Shown piece by piece: positions 63,101 through 64,000 of a stretch of 64,000 nucleotides of DNA. Position 1 is the stretch's first letter. Every line of letters starts with the position of its first letter. The DNA is from Tubulanus polymorphus (lineage: Eukaryota; Animalia; Nemertea): NCBI RefSeq assembly GCF_964204645.1, contig NC_134026.1:9013950-9077949 (forward strand). The letters run 5' to 3'. Under the pieces are notes generated by a model. The model had not been told where the DNA came from, did not search any database, and saw only the letters and a program-made list of their open reading frames with translations. A program made the translations under genes and the position numbers.

Positions 63101-64000
63101 CGGGTCATGCTCCTACCTGTGTTGTATCAGCGACCTGAGTCTGCGAGTACGGATCGTAACCGGCCTGGTTGTAATTGTAATATTGCTGGTTGTTATAGTT
63201 TTGCCAACTGTTGTAATAGTTTTGCTGATTCTGCTGTTGTTGCTGGTAGTAATTCTGATAATACGCCGACTGGTCGTAACTTTGTTGTTGTTGCTGCTGT
63301 TGCGGTTGTTGCTGAGGTCTCGTCGTTCTGAAATGAGCCAACGATAAAGCAGTTCAGAAAATCAACTTCGCATAGTCCATGTATGAATCATGTAATAGAA
63401 ACTAGCTGAAAAAATAATAATCTTAAGTGTATTCTAAGTGCTGATAATATACACAACTGATTTGTCCAGTGATGTCACTAAATACTTCAATACATGTACT
63501 ATTATTAATATAGATATATAGCTAGGGGTAACAATTACCCCTAGCTATATCTCTAATTGTATCTCCCTAGGGAGAAGTAACATCCAAGCTACTACTAGTG
63601 CTAGTGAGTTATCAATCAGGCCAGGTACCTAATAGCTACTGGTCGGAGAGCTAATTATGATAACTGTCTTGCCCAAGGACACTACTTTTCTGTGCAGAGT
63701 TTGAAAGTACAACTACCCAGATATGAATGTCCGACCACTCAAATCTAACTGCTCCTCAAAGCTTTGAAAAGTTGATAGGGAATATCTGATCTTAAAATAA
63801 CCATAATCTGATTACTGACTAGACTGTATTGATAGATATGTTTGCTTCACTGATAAACTGTTTAGGATCAGAATTTATAGAATGCGACGCAAGCCAGTAA
63901 CGGTACCTTTTAGGAGTTGCTAAACTCACTCGGATCGGCTTTCGTCCGACGAGGGAATGTTGCATCTCCAGCAGGGCTCTCTGCTGCTCCATTTCATCTG
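60188..64000 (-). CDS. trnau1ap: tRNA selenocysteine 1-associated protein 1 (SECp43), 3' part; 5' end lies beyond the window
   Basis: Exons 64000-63907 (DEMEQQRALLEMQHSLVGRKPIRVSLATPK, end of RRM2), 63327-63117 (Tyr/Gln-rich), 62311-62269 (EVEAEAYDDLEALE), 60396-60338 (DPGQDIDIEKENEAYIEEND), 60262-60188 (EFFKAMEESRWSGLDSLTTAIEVA*); in phase and resembling the SECp43 C-terminus. Confidence 0.88.
60473..60910. mobile_element. Inverted-repeat MITE-like remnant
   Basis: ATGTCCCCGGAAAAAATTGTCCCAGTC pairs with GACTGGGACATTTTTCCGGGGACAT. Confidence 0.5.
63516..63550. repeat. Perfect 16-bp hairpin
   Basis: ATATAGCTAGGGGTAA-CAA-TTACCCCTAGCTATAT. Confidence 0.8.
63620..63756 (-). mobile_element. Old tRNA-derived SINE remnant with conserved central-domain motif
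   Basis: Minus strand: decayed tRNA-like head, then GTGTCCTTGGGCAAGACA and GGTACC, motifs shared by CORE/Deu/Nin-type SINEs. Confidence 0.5.

Overview
Intron-rich, AT-rich eukaryotic DNA from an invertebrate bilaterian (probably a lophotrochozoan; this is inference). All exon models were built by hand from GT-AG sites, reading phase and remembered homology; no searches were run. Host genes in order: first coding exon of dnajc21 (-), complete rps21 (-), an intronless class A GPCR (-), complete 22-exon hadha (+) tail-to-tail with complete 14-exon hadhb (-), tgif (-), and the 3' part of trnau1ap/SECp43 (-). The rest is mostly transposon-derived: decayed MULE, piggyBac, Sola-like, hAT, R4-like and LINE fragments, three Helentron-type HINE copies with a ~154-bp internal satellite, piggyBac/pogo/Harbinger-type MITEs, tRNA-derived SINE-like pieces and a CACAGGG-terminated foldback family with 8-bp TSDs. 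Most worth a second look: the convergent hadha/hadhb pair, minimal hammerhead ribozyme motifs in sense orientation in hadhb and rps21 introns, an AT-rich island with an intact orphan zinc-finger ORF beside the rps21 promoter, and a tRNA-like cassette carried inside two different inverted-repeat shells. I cannot show from sequence alone that any of these is a new biological system.
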